64,000 nucleotides of DNA from an uncultured Hungatella sp. (GCA_910585435.1 CAJUEJ010000001.1:122286-186285); one strand, 5' to 3'. Shown: positions 29,247-39,692, numbered from the stretch's first letter. Notes: generated from the sequence alone by a model not told the origin. Translations and numbers: made by a program.

Positions 29247-30293
29247 ATGAAAAAGTGGAGAATTATCTTGGTATCTGTAGTTGCCGGCGCTGCGCTTTTT
29301 ACAAGCGGGTATGGGCCTTATGGGGCTTCTACACAGGAAGAAGAGCCGGAAACGGTGACGGTTTCTCTGGCTGGCGATTGTTCTTTGGGGAAACTTTCTG
29401 TCCATGGTTATGAAGGAACCTTTGAGGAGATGTACGACAAGGGAGGGCCGGGATATTTTTTTAAAAATGTCAAATCCGTTTTTGAGGCGGACGACATGAC
29501 TCTGGTGAACTTTGAAGGTGTTTTAACCAATTCCAATCAAAAGGTTCAGAAGGCATTTAATATTAAGGGGAAACCAGAATACATAGGAATTTTACCAGAG
29601 GCAAGTATCGAGGCAGTCAGCTTTGGCAATAATCACAGGATTGATTATGGGCAGCAGGGAGTAACGGATACTGTAGCTTTATTTGAGAGTATCGGTCTGC
29701 CTTATGCTTATGACGACAAAGTGGGCATCTATGAGCTGGAAAACGGCATAAAGATTGGCTTTGTCTCGGTCAATGAGGTATATGATGGAAAGGCTGTGGA
29801 GACGTTTTTGCAAAACGGCATAGAAAAACTAAAGCAGGAGCAGGTACATGTGATTCTGGCCTGCTGTCATTGGGGAAACGAATCTGTGTATTATCCTGAA
29901 AGATATCAGACCGAACTGGGGCATAAATGCATTGACTGGGGCGCAGATCTGGTAGTGGGCAGCCATCCCCATGTGCTGCAGGGAGTGGAGAATTACAACG
30001 GAAAATATATTCTTTATAGTCTGGGAAACTTATGCTTTGGCGGAAACCGGAATCCGAAGGATAAAAATACCATGATTGCCCAGGCAAAGTTTACGCTGGA
30101 AGACGGGGCGGTGGCAGGGGAAACGGATCTGACTTTGATTCCCTGTACCATAAGCTCTGTCTCCAACCGCAATGATTACTGCCCAACCATAGCAGAAGGA
30201 GACAAAAAGGCTTCTGTTATCCAGAAGCTGAATGCGTACAGCAACGGCTTTGGCGTAACGGTGGATGAGGAGGGGAGGGTAAGCCATCCGTAG
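29247..30293 (+). CDS. CapA/PGA_cap-family metallophosphatase-like exported protein
   Basis: AGD, NFEG, NNHRIDYG, HWG, GSHPH, YSLGN; signal peptide. Confidence 0.9.
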   Translation: MKKWRIILVSVVAGAALFTSGYGPYGASTQEEEPETVTVSLAGDCSLGKLSVHGYEGTFEEMYDKGGPGYFFKNVKSVFEADDMTLVNFEGVLTNSNQKVQKAFNIKGKPEYIGILPEASIEAVSFGNNHRIDYGQQGVTDTVALFESIGLPYAYDDKVGIYELENGIKIGFVSVNEVYDGKAVETFLQNGIEKLKQEQVHVILACCHWGNESVYYPERYQTELGHKCIDWGADLVVGSHPHVLQGVENYNGKYILYSLGNLCFGGNRNPKDKNTMIAQAKFTLEDGAVAGETDLTLIPCTISSVSNRNDYCPTIAEGDKKASVIQKLNAYSNGFGVTVDEEGRVSHP

Positions 30294-30330
30294 GGCTCTG
30301 TACGCGGATGATACCTTATCCCCGCAGTGC

Positions 30331-31872
30331 CTATTGGGTGATAAAGGAGTAGTATCCGGTTCCGTAGTAACCTCTGGTTTCTAAATGCTCCTTATCCCAC
30401 TCTGCGGTAATGGTATATCCCTTCCCCGGCATTATGTCAATGATATAAACGCCTTCATAGGTTTTGGAGGAAACCGGGGTTAAATCATCCGGCATTTCCT
30501 CCCCGGACATAAAATCAGGAAGATTATATTCGTGAACCAGAATCCGATCCGGCATGGAGACAGAGGAGACGATATAGCTTACAGAGTCCATACGGTTATA
30601 GCGGGGAAGCTTTAGGGGTTCCATATCTTTGGCTGCTGTCAGGGGATGGGTTCCACAGGAGACAAAAGAGACCATCTCATCGCCGCCTGTTTCCTGCCTG
30701 TAGTTCCAGGAGGCGGTATCGTTTTTCAGCTCAAATGGATTGAGGGTGCTGGAAAGTACGTCCTGGAGCGTAAGAACCGGCGGTTCTCTGAAGATTTCGG
30801 TGTCAGAATCCGGCTGGCTGAGGATAACATCAGGTGACAACAGCAAACCGGTATCCGAATCATAGATGTAGGATTCCATAATATTTCCTGTATCGTATTC
30901 TGTCTTGGTGAACCGGATTTGCCTGTCTTCTCTGTCAAAATCCAGGGCGTACACATAGCGGACGCCGTCTTCCAGCCGTTCCACATTGCCTGTCCAGTAA
31001 GGATAGCTGTCCAGAACCTTGTTTTCTACCAGGATATTGGACACATTGGTGTTGACCCCCAGTTCAGTTAGAAGGGGATGGTCAAAATCTTTATACTCAC
31101 CGATTGTGGCATTCCTTCCCAGATCTTCCAGGTACTTGCGGGCATAGGACATTTCCATATCCTTCAGCTGATTACAGGTGGTTTCCGAGGGGGAGATACA
31201 TTCATCCCACCAGCTTTCCGGAAACATGGCCTGAATCGATGGAAGGCAGTTGCTTCCGTCCTCCGGGTAGGCCAGGGACTGAAACTGGTATCTGCCGTTT
31301 TCGTCTGAGGAAAAGGTTATGACTGCCGGGACAACTCCGCTTCCGGCCGCCTTTACGAAATTTCCGTCCTGAAACTGGTATTCTCCATACATAGTGAGAG
31401 CGTACAGTGTCAGGCTGTCGCCGTCTTTCAGGCTTTCTAATATGATGTGGCCTTCGCCGACACATTCTTCCCCGGGATATTTTCCCTGATTAGCGGTCAG
31501 GATTGCATCCGCTGTCAGCTGCTCCAAATCATCGGCTGGCGCCAGGGAAATTGCCTCTTTCGTTTCCTCAATCCGTTTGACAGATACTACGGAACGGTTT
31601 TCATTGCCGTAGTATACGGTCAGATGGCCTTTGCCGTCTTCAGACTCAAAGGGGTAAACTTCTCCGTCCATACCAAACAATTCCATGGCAGGTTCTCCCC
31701 ATGCTTCGGCCAGCTCATCTCGTGTAATGCCATGTAACGCTTCCGCTATCTGCTCCTCCGGCATTTTGGCAGCCTCCGCCAGAGGAAGAGGAGGATTCTT
31801 TTCCTGACTGCTGCATCCGGTTAAAGCGGCAAAAATGCCAAGGGTAATCAGGAGGTATTTTAAATGTTTCAT
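30331..31872 (-). CDS. Multi-module hypothetical lipoprotein
   Basis: Lipobox LTGC, RBS gaaaggag, 513-aa ORF. Confidence 0.75.
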   Translation of the reverse strand: MKHLKYLLITLGIFAALTGCSSQEKNPPLPLAEAAKMPEEQIAEALHGITRDELAEAWGEPAMELFGMDGEVYPFESEDGKGHLTVYYGNENRSVVSVKRIEETKEAISLAPADDLEQLTADAILTANQGKYPGEECVGEGHIILESLKDGDSLTLYALTMYGEYQFQDGNFVKAAGSGVVPAVITFSSDENGRYQFQSLAYPEDGSNCLPSIQAMFPESWWDECISPSETTCNQLKDMEMSYARKYLEDLGRNATIGEYKDFDHPLLTELGVNTNVSNILVENKVLDSYPYWTGNVERLEDGVRYVYALDFDREDRQIRFTKTEYDTGNIMESYIYDSDTGLLLSPDVILSQPDSDTEIFREPPVLTLQDVLSSTLNPFELKNDTASWNYRQETGGDEMVSFVSCGTHPLTAAKDMEPLKLPRYNRMDSVSYIVSSVSMPDRILVHEYNLPDFMSGEEMPDDLTPVSSKTYEGVYIIDIMPGKGYTITAEWDKEHLETRGYYGTGYYSFITQ

Positions 31873-32050
31873 GGAAGCTTCTCCTTTCTGTATATCTGTA
31901 TTTCAATTTTCTGTTTTCCTGTACTTGATTTGCCGTCTGACAAGATTGATTCACGGAATATACTATAACTATAGCAGTTTTTTTGTTTTTAAACATTAAT
32001 CTTTGCTTACGATTGTTATACTATTCCTTTAAGCTGTAAAAACTTTGGAA

Positions 32051-32079
32051 TAGACACAATATCTTTGTTATGGTATACT
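32051..32079 (+). promoter_or_regulatory. sigmaA-type promoter of asp23-fakA-recG
   Basis: TAGACA-N17-TATACT with extended TG. Confidence 0.65.
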
Positions 32080-32122
32080 TAAAAAAGTCAAAAGATGGAA
32101 ATAATAGCAATGCAGAGTAAAC

Positions 32123-32192
32123 ATGTACTCCCTGGATCTCTTTGCGCCGGACTGCCCAAAAGGCAGGTGCATGAGAGACGCTGAGGGTACGT
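32123..32192. repeat. ATGTAC..GTAC palindromic element, copy 2
   Basis: Nested hairpin; left arm 20/26 and right arm 24/30 identical to the element at 42203-42316. Confidence 0.7.
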
Positions 32193-32211
32193 AAGAGAGG
32201 GAGGTTTCGCT

Positions 32212-32568
32212 ATGAAGGGACGAATTAGTAACAAATTCGGTGAAATTCGGATCAACCCGGAAGTGATTGCAAAATATGCCGGCATTACGGCGGTGGAATG
32301 CTTTGGGATCGTTGGCATGGCGGCTGTCAGCATGAAAGACGGGCTTGTAAAATTACTGAAGAGAGAGAGTCTGACCCACGGGATCAATGTTGACATTGAA
32401 GAGAACCATATTACACTGAATTTTCATGTGATTGTGGCATATGGCATCAGCATTTCTGCAGTAGCAGATAATCTGATCGAGAACGTAAAATATAAAGTCG
32501 AAGAGTTCACCGGGATGGAAGTTGACAAGATCAACATCTTTGTTGAAGGTGTACGAGTGATTGATTAA
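32212..32568 (+). CDS. Asp23/Gls24 family protein (YloU-like)
   Basis: G.I.I...VIA..AG..AVECFGIVGMA, VKYKVEEFTG, NIFVEGVRV. Confidence 0.93.
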   Translation: MKGRISNKFGEIRINPEVIAKYAGITAVECFGIVGMAAVSMKDGLVKLLKRESLTHGINVDIEENHITLNFHVIVAYGISISAVADNLIENVKYKVEEFTGMEVDKINIFVEGVRVID

Positions 32569-32582
32569 GGAGGAACACACCC

Positions 32583-34265
32583 GTGGGTATGAATACGATT
32601 GATGCAAAGACGCTTAAGAAAGCTTTTCTGGCCGGGGCTCAGGGCCTTGAGGCGAAAAAAGAGTGGATCAATGAACTGAATGTATTTCCTGTTCCTGACG
32701 GAGATACCGGTACCAACATGACCATGACCATTATGGCTGCGGCCAGGGAAGTGGCGGCTTTGGAGAATCCCACTATGGATACGCTGGCTAAAGCCATTTC
32801 TTCCGGCTCCCTGCGGGGGGCCAGAGGAAATTCCGGCGTTATCTTATCCCAGCTGTTCCGGGGATTTACCAAGGAGATCAAAACGGTGGATGTGATTACA
32901 ACTACCGTTCTGGCAGATGCCTTTGTCCGGGCTACGGAGACAGCATACAAGGCAGTCATGAAACCCAAGGAGGGGACGATTCTGACTGTGGCTAAGGGCA
33001 TGGCGGAGAAGGCTGTGGAGCTGGCGCCTGAGACGGAGGATATCATTGCCTTTGCAAAACAGGTGATTGAACACGGCGATTACGTGCTGAGCCAGACGCC
33101 GGAGATGCTACCCATCCTGAAGCAGGCCGGTGTGGTGGATTCCGGAGGACAGGGCCTGATCCAGGTGATGAAGGGAGCCCTGGACGGCCTTCTGGGCAGG
33201 GCGGTCGAAGTACCGACGGAGAGCGCCGGCCCCAGGGTGACGGCAGAGCCTTCCCAGCTTGACACGGCGGATATTAAGTTTGGCTACTGCACGGAGTTTA
33301 TCATCAATGTAGAGAAGAAGTACGAAGATTCTGACGAGCTGGAGTTTAAGGCATATCTGGAGTCTATCGGAGACTCCATTGTGGTGGTGTCTGACGAGGA
33401 TGTGGTGAAGGTACATGTCCACACCAATGATCCGGGGCTTGCCATCCAGAAAGCGCTGACCTATGGCTCTCTGTCTAAGATGAAGATAGATAATATGAGA
33501 GAAGAGCATCATGAGAAGCTGATAAAAGAGGCAGAAAAGGCTGCGGCTATGCAGGCACAGGAGAGGGAGGCAGAGAAAGAGGCGGCCGGCAAAGCAGAGG
33601 AGAGAAAGCCCTACGGCTTTATCGCCGTATCCATCGGAGAAGGCTTCGGTGAGATTTTTAAGGGAATCGGCACCGATTATCTCATCGAAGGGGGACAGAC
33701 CATGAACCCCAGCACAGAGGATATGCTCAATGCCATTGACCATGTGAATGCGGATACGATTTTCATCCTGCCTAACAACTCCAATATTATTCTTGCAGCC
33801 GGGCAGGCGGCGGAGCTGGCGGAGGACAAGGAGATTATCGTCATTCCGTCCAAGACAGTGCCTCAGGGAATCACGGCAATCATTAATTTTGTGCCGGAGC
33901 TGTCTGTGGAGGAGAACAAGCAGGTGATGATCCAGGAGATGTCCAAGGTGAAGACCGGTCAGATCACGTATGCGGTCCGCAACACCATGATTGAAGACAA
34001 GGAGATCAAAGAAGGCGATATTATGGGCATAGCCGACCAGGGAATCGTGGCAGTGGGCCAGTCGGTGGAAGGCACAGCCCTGGATACCCTGAAGGCCATG
34101 CTGGATGATACTTCAGAGCTGGTGACCGTGTATTACGGCGCAGAAGTAAAGGAGGAGGAAGCACAGCGCTTCCTTGAAAAGGTTCAGGAGGCCTGCGGGG
34201 ATTGTGAGGCGGAGATGCAGTCCGGCGGCCAGCCTATTTACTACTATCTGATTTCCGTAGAATAA
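32583..34265 (+). CDS. fakA: DAK2-domain fatty acid kinase subunit (YloV/FakA)
   Basis: LNVFPVPDGDTGTNM, GARGNSGVILSQ, GYCTEF, KVHVHT, GGQTMNPS. Confidence 0.92.
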   Translation: MGMNTIDAKTLKKAFLAGAQGLEAKKEWINELNVFPVPDGDTGTNMTMTIMAAAREVAALENPTMDTLAKAISSGSLRGARGNSGVILSQLFRGFTKEIKTVDVITTTVLADAFVRATETAYKAVMKPKEGTILTVAKGMAEKAVELAPETEDIIAFAKQVIEHGDYVLSQTPEMLPILKQAGVVDSGGQGLIQVMKGALDGLLGRAVEVPTESAGPRVTAEPSQLDTADIKFGYCTEFIINVEKKYEDSDELEFKAYLESIGDSIVVVSDEDVVKVHVHTNDPGLAIQKALTYGSLSKMKIDNMREEHHEKLIKEAEKAAAMQAQEREAEKEAAGKAEERKPYGFIAVSIGEGFGEIFKGIGTDYLIEGGQTMNPSTEDMLNAIDHVNADTIFILPNNSNIILAAGQAAELAEDKEIIVIPSKTVPQGITAIINFVPELSVEENKQVMIQEMSKVKTGQITYAVRNTMIEDKEIKEGDIMGIADQGIVAVGQSVEGTALDTLKAMLDDTSELVTVYYGAEVKEEEAQRFLEKVQEACGDCEAEMQSGGQPIYYYLISVE

Positions 34266-34269
34266 TGCC

Positions 34270-36321
34270 ATGAATCAGGAGTCAGTCCGTTCCTTAAAGG
34301 GGATCGGAGATAAAACAGGAAAATTATTTGAGAAGCTGGGAGTCAGCACGGTAGATGACCTGCTTCATTATTACCCCAGGGCATACCATGCCTATGAGGA
34401 ACCGAAAGCTATCAATGAGTTAAAGACAGATATGGTGGGAACCGTGGCAGGAGTCCTGCAAAAGGACGCGTCTGTCCGGCGGTTTCAGAATATTCAGGTG
34501 ATTACGGCTTCCCTGCGGGATCAGACCGGAACAGTGCAGCTGGTGTGGTATAATATGCCTTTTCTGCGCAATACCCTTCAGTCCGGAACTTATCACGTGT
34601 TCTGCGGTAAGGTGGTAAAGAAGAACAACCGTTTAACCATGGAACAGCCGGAGATCTACACGAAAGAGGGATATCTGGCTGTCATGGAACATATGCAGCC
34701 GGTTTACGGCCAGACAAAGGGACTGGGCAACAAGGCCATATCCAGGGCAGTGGCCCAGGCTCTGGATATGCGGCAGATGGAACAGGAGTATATGCCTGAG
34801 GGCCTTCGGAAAAAATATGAGCTGGCAGAGTACAATTTTGCCATTGAGCATATCCATTTTCCGGCGGATAAGCAGCAGCTTCTGTTTGCCAGAAAAAGGC
34901 TGGTATTTGACGAATTTTTTCTGTTTTTGCTGGGGGTCAGACGGCTGAAGGAAAAAAGGGAGAATGTCCGCAGCAGCTGGGTGATGAAGCTGTCGCCAGA
35001 GGTCAAAAGGTTAAAAGAGCATCTTCCGTATAAGCTGACCCAGGCTCAGGAGGCTGTACTCCATGAGATCGAGTGGGACTTAAGCAGCGGCCTGGCGATG
35101 AACCGCCTGATTCAGGGCGATGTAGGCTCCGGCAAGACGATTCTTGCGGTGCTGGCCCTGCTTCACACCGCGTACAACGGCTGCCAGGGAGCGCTGATGG
35201 CTCCTACGGAGGTGCTGGCCAAACAGCATTTTGAGAGTATGGAGCAGTTGTTTTTACAGTATCAGATTCCCAAAAAGCCGGTTCTGGTCACCGGCTCCAT
35301 GACAGCTAAGGAGAAGCGGGCTGCCTATGAGATGATTAAAAACCATGAGGCAGACATTATTATAGGAACCCATGCCCTGATTCAGGAGAAGGTGGTCTAT
35401 AACAAGCTGGCTCTGGTGATCACAGACGAACAGCACCGGTTTGGTGTGGGACAGAGGGAGATGCTGGGGGAAAAGGGGGAAAAGCCTCATGTGATGGTGA
35501 TGAGCGCCACGCCCATTCCCCGCACCCTGGCGATTATTCTGTACGGAGATTTGGATATTTCTATCATTGATGAGCTTCCTGCCAACCGCCGTCCCATCAA
35601 AAACTGTGTGGTAGACACAGGATACCGGAAAAAGGCGTATGATTTTATCGCCAGGCAGGTAAAAGAAGGGCGGCAGGCCTATGTGATCTGCCCCATGGTG
35701 GAAGCCAGCGAGATGATCGAGGCGGAAAATGTACTGGATTACGCGGAAACCCTGTCCAGGGAGCTTGTGGGAGTCACGGTTGCCTGCCTCCACGGGAAGA
35801 TGAAGGGCAGGGAGAAGAATCAGATTATGGAGCGGTTTGCGGCAGGGGAAATCCAGGTTCTGGTGTCCACCACTGTTGTGGAGGTGGGAGTCAATGTGCC
35901 CAACGCTACGGTGATGATGATTGAGAACGCGGAGCGCTTCGGCCTGGCCCAGCTTCACCAGCTGAGAGGCAGGGTAGGCAGAGGCAGGTATCAGTCCTAC
36001 TGTATCATGGTAAACTGCGGCGATCAGGAGGGAACCCAGAAGCGGCTTGATATTTTAAACCGTTCCAATGACGGATTTTATATTGCGTCGGAAGACTTGA
36101 AGCTTCGGGGGCCGGGGGATATCTTCGGAATCCGGCAGAGCGGGGATATGGAATTTCAGCTGGCGGATATTTTTACAGATGCAGATATTTTAAAAACGGT
36201 ATCAGAGGAAGTAAACGGCCTGCTTAAGGGGGATCCAAAGCTGGAGAGGGAAGAGCATCAAAAGCTGAGGCAGCGGCTGGATGCATATCTGAAGCTAAGC
36301 TATGAGAAACTGAATCTGTAG
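34270..36321 (+). CDS. recG: ATP-dependent DNA helicase RecG
   Basis: QGDVGSGKT, DEQHRFGV, MSATPIPRT, QLHQLRGRVGRG, DLKLRGPG. Confidence 0.97.
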   Translation: MNQESVRSLKGIGDKTGKLFEKLGVSTVDDLLHYYPRAYHAYEEPKAINELKTDMVGTVAGVLQKDASVRRFQNIQVITASLRDQTGTVQLVWYNMPFLRNTLQSGTYHVFCGKVVKKNNRLTMEQPEIYTKEGYLAVMEHMQPVYGQTKGLGNKAISRAVAQALDMRQMEQEYMPEGLRKKYELAEYNFAIEHIHFPADKQQLLFARKRLVFDEFFLFLLGVRRLKEKRENVRSSWVMKLSPEVKRLKEHLPYKLTQAQEAVLHEIEWDLSSGLAMNRLIQGDVGSGKTILAVLALLHTAYNGCQGALMAPTEVLAKQHFESMEQLFLQYQIPKKPVLVTGSMTAKEKRAAYEMIKNHEADIIIGTHALIQEKVVYNKLALVITDEQHRFGVGQREMLGEKGEKPHVMVMSATPIPRTLAIILYGDLDISIIDELPANRRPIKNCVVDTGYRKKAYDFIARQVKEGRQAYVICPMVEASEMIEAENVLDYAETLSRELVGVTVACLHGKMKGREKNQIMERFAAGEIQVLVSTTVVEVGVNVPNATVMMIENAERFGLAQLHQLRGRVGRGRYQSYCIMVNCGDQEGTQKRLDILNRSNDGFYIASEDLKLRGPGDIFGIRQSGDMEFQLADIFTDADILKTVSEEVNGLLKGDPKLEREEHQKLRQRLDAYLKLSYEKLNL

Positions 36322-36446
36322 GCATTTTAGGAATTACTAAAAAATGACAGATTACGCAGAACCTTCTAGTGTATTATTTTTTTACAGGCACATAATAGGA
36401 GTGTAGCAAGAAAATAAATCACATGAAGAACAAGGAGGCGTGTAAT

Positions 36447-36653
36447 ATGTCAAACAAATCTTCTAACACAACTAATGTACCTGAAGCAAAAGAGGCAATG
36501 GACAGATTCAAAATGGAAGTAGCAAACGAGCTGGGTGTACCGTTAACAAATGGTTATAACGGAAACCTGACTTCCGCACAGAATGGTTCTGTCGGTGGCT
36601 ATATGGTTAAGAAAATGATCGAGGCGCAGGAGAAGCAGATGGCCGGCAAGTAA
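36447..36653 (+). CDS. Alpha/beta-type small acid-soluble spore protein
   Basis: FKMEVANELG, GNLTSAQNGSVGGYMVKKMI; RBS aaggagg. Confidence 0.95.
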   Translation: MSNKSSNTTNVPEAKEAMDRFKMEVANELGVPLTNGYNGNLTSAQNGSVGGYMVKKMIEAQEKQMAGK

Positions 36654-36697
36654 GCCAAAGCTGAAAGAGCCTGAATCAAAATAAGAAACACAGATGG

Positions 36698-36734
36698 AAG
36701 CCTGGCCGGGCTGTATGATTCCGGCCAGGCTTTT
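36698..36734 (+). terminator. Intrinsic terminator after the SASP gene
   Basis: aagcctggccgg/ccggccaggctt + tt. Confidence 0.8.
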
Positions 36735-36944
36735 GTCATGTTAAAAAGGTACAAAAGGTCTTCTGACAGCAGGGAAGAAACCGCGGCAGATATTTTTCCT
36801 GAAAATAAAAAAAGAAAAAGAAGCGGGGGTGACATTTAAAATGCTGTATGTTACAATAAGATGATCACAAAACAAATAGCAACAGGCTGTCCTCTGTTTT
36901 AATAGAGTGCAGCCTTTGTTGTATAGTAAGGAAGGCAGCTTAAT

Positions 36945-37787
36945 ATGAAATTCAGAACTGTAAATTATACCATAAGCGCCAAACGTCTTCCGCCGGAGTT
37001 TGGCGGATTTAAGATCGTCCACCTTTCGGATCTTCACGGCGCCCTGTATGGAAGGGATAATGAAGAATTAGTCCGGGAGATCAGGCGGATCAGCCCTCAT
37101 ATTATCTTTATGACCGGAGATATGGCGGACAGCAGCCCTTATGGCGTTCCAAGGCTTAAGAACCTGTGCAGCCAGCTCTGCGGCGATTATCCTGTTTATG
37201 GTGTTCTGGGAAATCATGAGCAGGAGCTGGAGCAGGATGTGAGGAATCCATTGCTGAAATCATTAAAAAAGATGGGGGTAACCATACTTGAGAATGAGTG
37301 GAGGACCATTTCCCGCCAGGGCGCTTCCATAAGGCTGTATGGCCTGGTTACGCCTATGAAATACTATAAAGATATATTAAAAGAATACCAGTGGGGTGTG
37401 AAGTTTACGGCAGAGGATACCAGAAAGCTGCTGGGAGAAGGGGAAGTTTCCTGTTATAAGATTCTCCTGGCCCACAATCCTCTCTATTATCCGGCATACA
37501 GGGACTGGGGAGCCGATCTGACACTGTCCGGGCATATCCATGGAGGGATCATCCGGATCCCTAAGCTTGGAGGACTGCTGTCCCCGGATCTGACCTTGTT
37601 TCCCAGATACGATGGAGGGCATTTCAAAGAACAGGGAAAGGATCTGGTGGTCAGCCGGGGGCTGGGCAATCATTTCCTGGTGAGAGTTTTAAATCCTCCG
37701 GAATTAGTCACTATTGTGTTGCAAAGTCCGAAACGAGAGAGAGACTCCGGTACCAGGCACAGGCCTACTCTACAGTCACCGACTTAG
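36945..37787 (+). CDS. Calcineurin-like metallophosphoesterase (YkuE-like)
   Basis: SDLH, TGD, GNHE, AHNP, GHIHGG; overlaps the glmS 3' end by 23 nt. Confidence 0.9.
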   Translation: MKFRTVNYTISAKRLPPEFGGFKIVHLSDLHGALYGRDNEELVREIRRISPHIIFMTGDMADSSPYGVPRLKNLCSQLCGDYPVYGVLGNHEQELEQDVRNPLLKSLKKMGVTILENEWRTISRQGASIRLYGLVTPMKYYKDILKEYQWGVKFTAEDTRKLLGEGEVSCYKILLAHNPLYYPAYRDWGADLTLSGHIHGGIIRIPKLGGLLSPDLTLFPRYDGGHFKEQGKDLVVSRGLGNHFLVRVLNPPELVTIVLQSPKRERDSGTRHRPTLQSPT

Positions 37788-39582
37788 CCAGGTTTCTGGG
37801 CTGATCCACATCCAGATTTTTCCCCAGGGACGCATAATAGGCGATCAGCTGCAGGATGACGGCAATAGGAAAGACGGCGAAGGCATCGTCCACGTCCGGA
37901 ATCCGGATATGGATGTCTGCCAGATTTCCCTCCACAACAGCGGAGGATTTTGTAAGTAGGATGACAAAGGCACCCCGGGCCTTTACCTCCCGGACATTGG
38001 AAATCACTTTGGAAAATACATGTTCCTGGGTGGCGATGGCGATGACGGGAGATCTCTCTGTGATCAGGGCGATGGTTCCGTGCTTTAGTTCTCCGGCGGC
38101 ATAGGCCTCTGCGTGGATGTAAGAGATTTCCTTAAGCTTCAGGGCGCCTTCCAGAGAAAACGCATAATCCCTTCCGCGGCCGATAAAGAAGGCGTCGCTG
38201 TGCTGGATCAGGTGTGTAACCAAATGCTTCTCCTCTTCCCTGCGGCTGATCATCGCTTCCATGGCCGGAATTACATCCAGAAGCTTAGAGAGGAAAGAGG
38301 AAGCCTGCTCTTTGGTATATTTACCCCGGACCAGGGCCATGCGGCAGATGATCATGTAGAGGGCAGCCAGCTGGACCGAGTAGGCTTTGGTGCTGGCTAC
38401 GGCTATCTCCGGCCCGGCATGGGTGTAGAGTACATAATCGCTTTCCCGGGCGATGGTGGAACCTTTTACATTGACGATGGATAAGGTTTTGGAACCGTAC
38501 GATTTTGCCAGCCTCATGGCGGCCAGGGTATCGATGGTTTCACCGGACTGGGAGATAACGATAACCAGGGTTTTTCCGTTGATCAGCGGTTCTTCATAGC
38601 GGAACTCCGAGGCGATGGACACCATCACCGGGATCCTAAGAAGAGGCTCTGACAGCGCGCGGGCCACCATACCGGCGTGCATGGCCGTACCGCAGGCAAT
38701 CACATGGATCTTGTCGCAGGTTTCAAACACAGAGTCAGGAATCTGGTCGTCTGTAAAATCAGGAAGGCCTTTGCTGATGCGGGGAAGAATCGTGTTTTTC
38801 AGGGCCTCCGGCTGCTCGTGGATCTCCTTCAGCATGAAATGGGGGAACCCGTTTTTCATGGCCGCATCCATGTTCCAGTTAACCTCCAGATACTGAGGCT
38901 CTTCCTGGCCGCCGTTTTTATCATACAGGGTGATCCGATAAGGTGTCAGCTTTACAAGCTGCTGTTCCGGCAGCACAAAATATCGCCTGGTGTAAGGGAT
39001 CAGGGCGGTCAGATCAGAAGCGATGATGGCTCCGGAGTGGGTGTAGGCTGCTACCAGAGGACTTACATTCCTTATGGCATAGATTTCCCCGGGACGGTCT
39101 TCAAACATAATACAGAAGCCGTAGGAACCGTCAAGAAGGCTTATAAGCTCCTGGACAGCTTTTTGGGGGTCGCCTTTATAGAGGAAATCCAGGATCCAGG
39201 CTGCCACCTCAGAATCGGTCTGAGACTGGAGCTTTTCTTCCAGCCCATAAGCATTTGTCAGCTCCCGGTAATTTTCGATAATGCCGTTGTGAATCAGGGT
39301 CACCCTTCCTGCCTGATGGGGATGGGCATTCTGATCCGTCACATCTCCATGGGTCGCCCAGCGGGTGTGCCCCAGGCCGCAGTGGGCGTTGTCCTGATTC
39401 CGGGAGCAGAATTCCTTCAGATTGGCTACTTTTCCTGTCTTCTTGATTAAGTGAACATTGGAGGATGTGTCAAAATAGGCAATGCCTGCGCTGTCGTATC
39501 CCCGGTACTCTAACTGTGAAAGGCCGTCAAGCAGAATCTTTTTTGCATTTAACGGGCCTGTATATCCGATAATTCCACACAT
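37765..39582 (-). CDS. glmS: Glutamine-fructose-6-phosphate aminotransferase
   Basis: MCGIIG, EYRGYDSAG, GHTRWATHG, SQSGET, VASTKAY, PRNLAKSVTVE. Confidence 0.98.
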   Translation of the reverse strand: MCGIIGYTGPLNAKKILLDGLSQLEYRGYDSAGIAYFDTSSNVHLIKKTGKVANLKEFCSRNQDNAHCGLGHTRWATHGDVTDQNAHPHQAGRVTLIHNGIIENYRELTNAYGLEEKLQSQTDSEVAAWILDFLYKGDPQKAVQELISLLDGSYGFCIMFEDRPGEIYAIRNVSPLVAAYTHSGAIIASDLTALIPYTRRYFVLPEQQLVKLTPYRITLYDKNGGQEEPQYLEVNWNMDAAMKNGFPHFMLKEIHEQPEALKNTILPRISKGLPDFTDDQIPDSVFETCDKIHVIACGTAMHAGMVARALSEPLLRIPVMVSIASEFRYEEPLINGKTLVIVISQSGETIDTLAAMRLAKSYGSKTLSIVNVKGSTIARESDYVLYTHAGPEIAVASTKAYSVQLAALYMIICRMALVRGKYTKEQASSFLSKLLDVIPAMEAMISRREEEKHLVTHLIQHSDAFFIGRGRDYAFSLEGALKLKEISYIHAEAYAAGELKHGTIALITERSPVIAIATQEHVFSKVISNVREVKARGAFVILLTKSSAVVEGNLADIHIRIPDVDDAFAVFPIAVILQLIAYYASLGKNLDVDQPRNLAKSVTVE

Positions 39583-39692
39583 GATTTATAATCTCCATTC
39601 TTTTTTATTTTCCCATCACAAAAAAACTGTCGTCTTTGTCTGGCAGTTGGAAAGCACAAAGCCGGATGTTGCAGTTTAAAAAAGTTGCTTTG

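Noticed and set aside
36369..36397. sigmaG promoter for the SASP gene
   Set aside because: CATAATA -10 is plausible but the GTATT spacing (15 nt) is shorter than expected; not called
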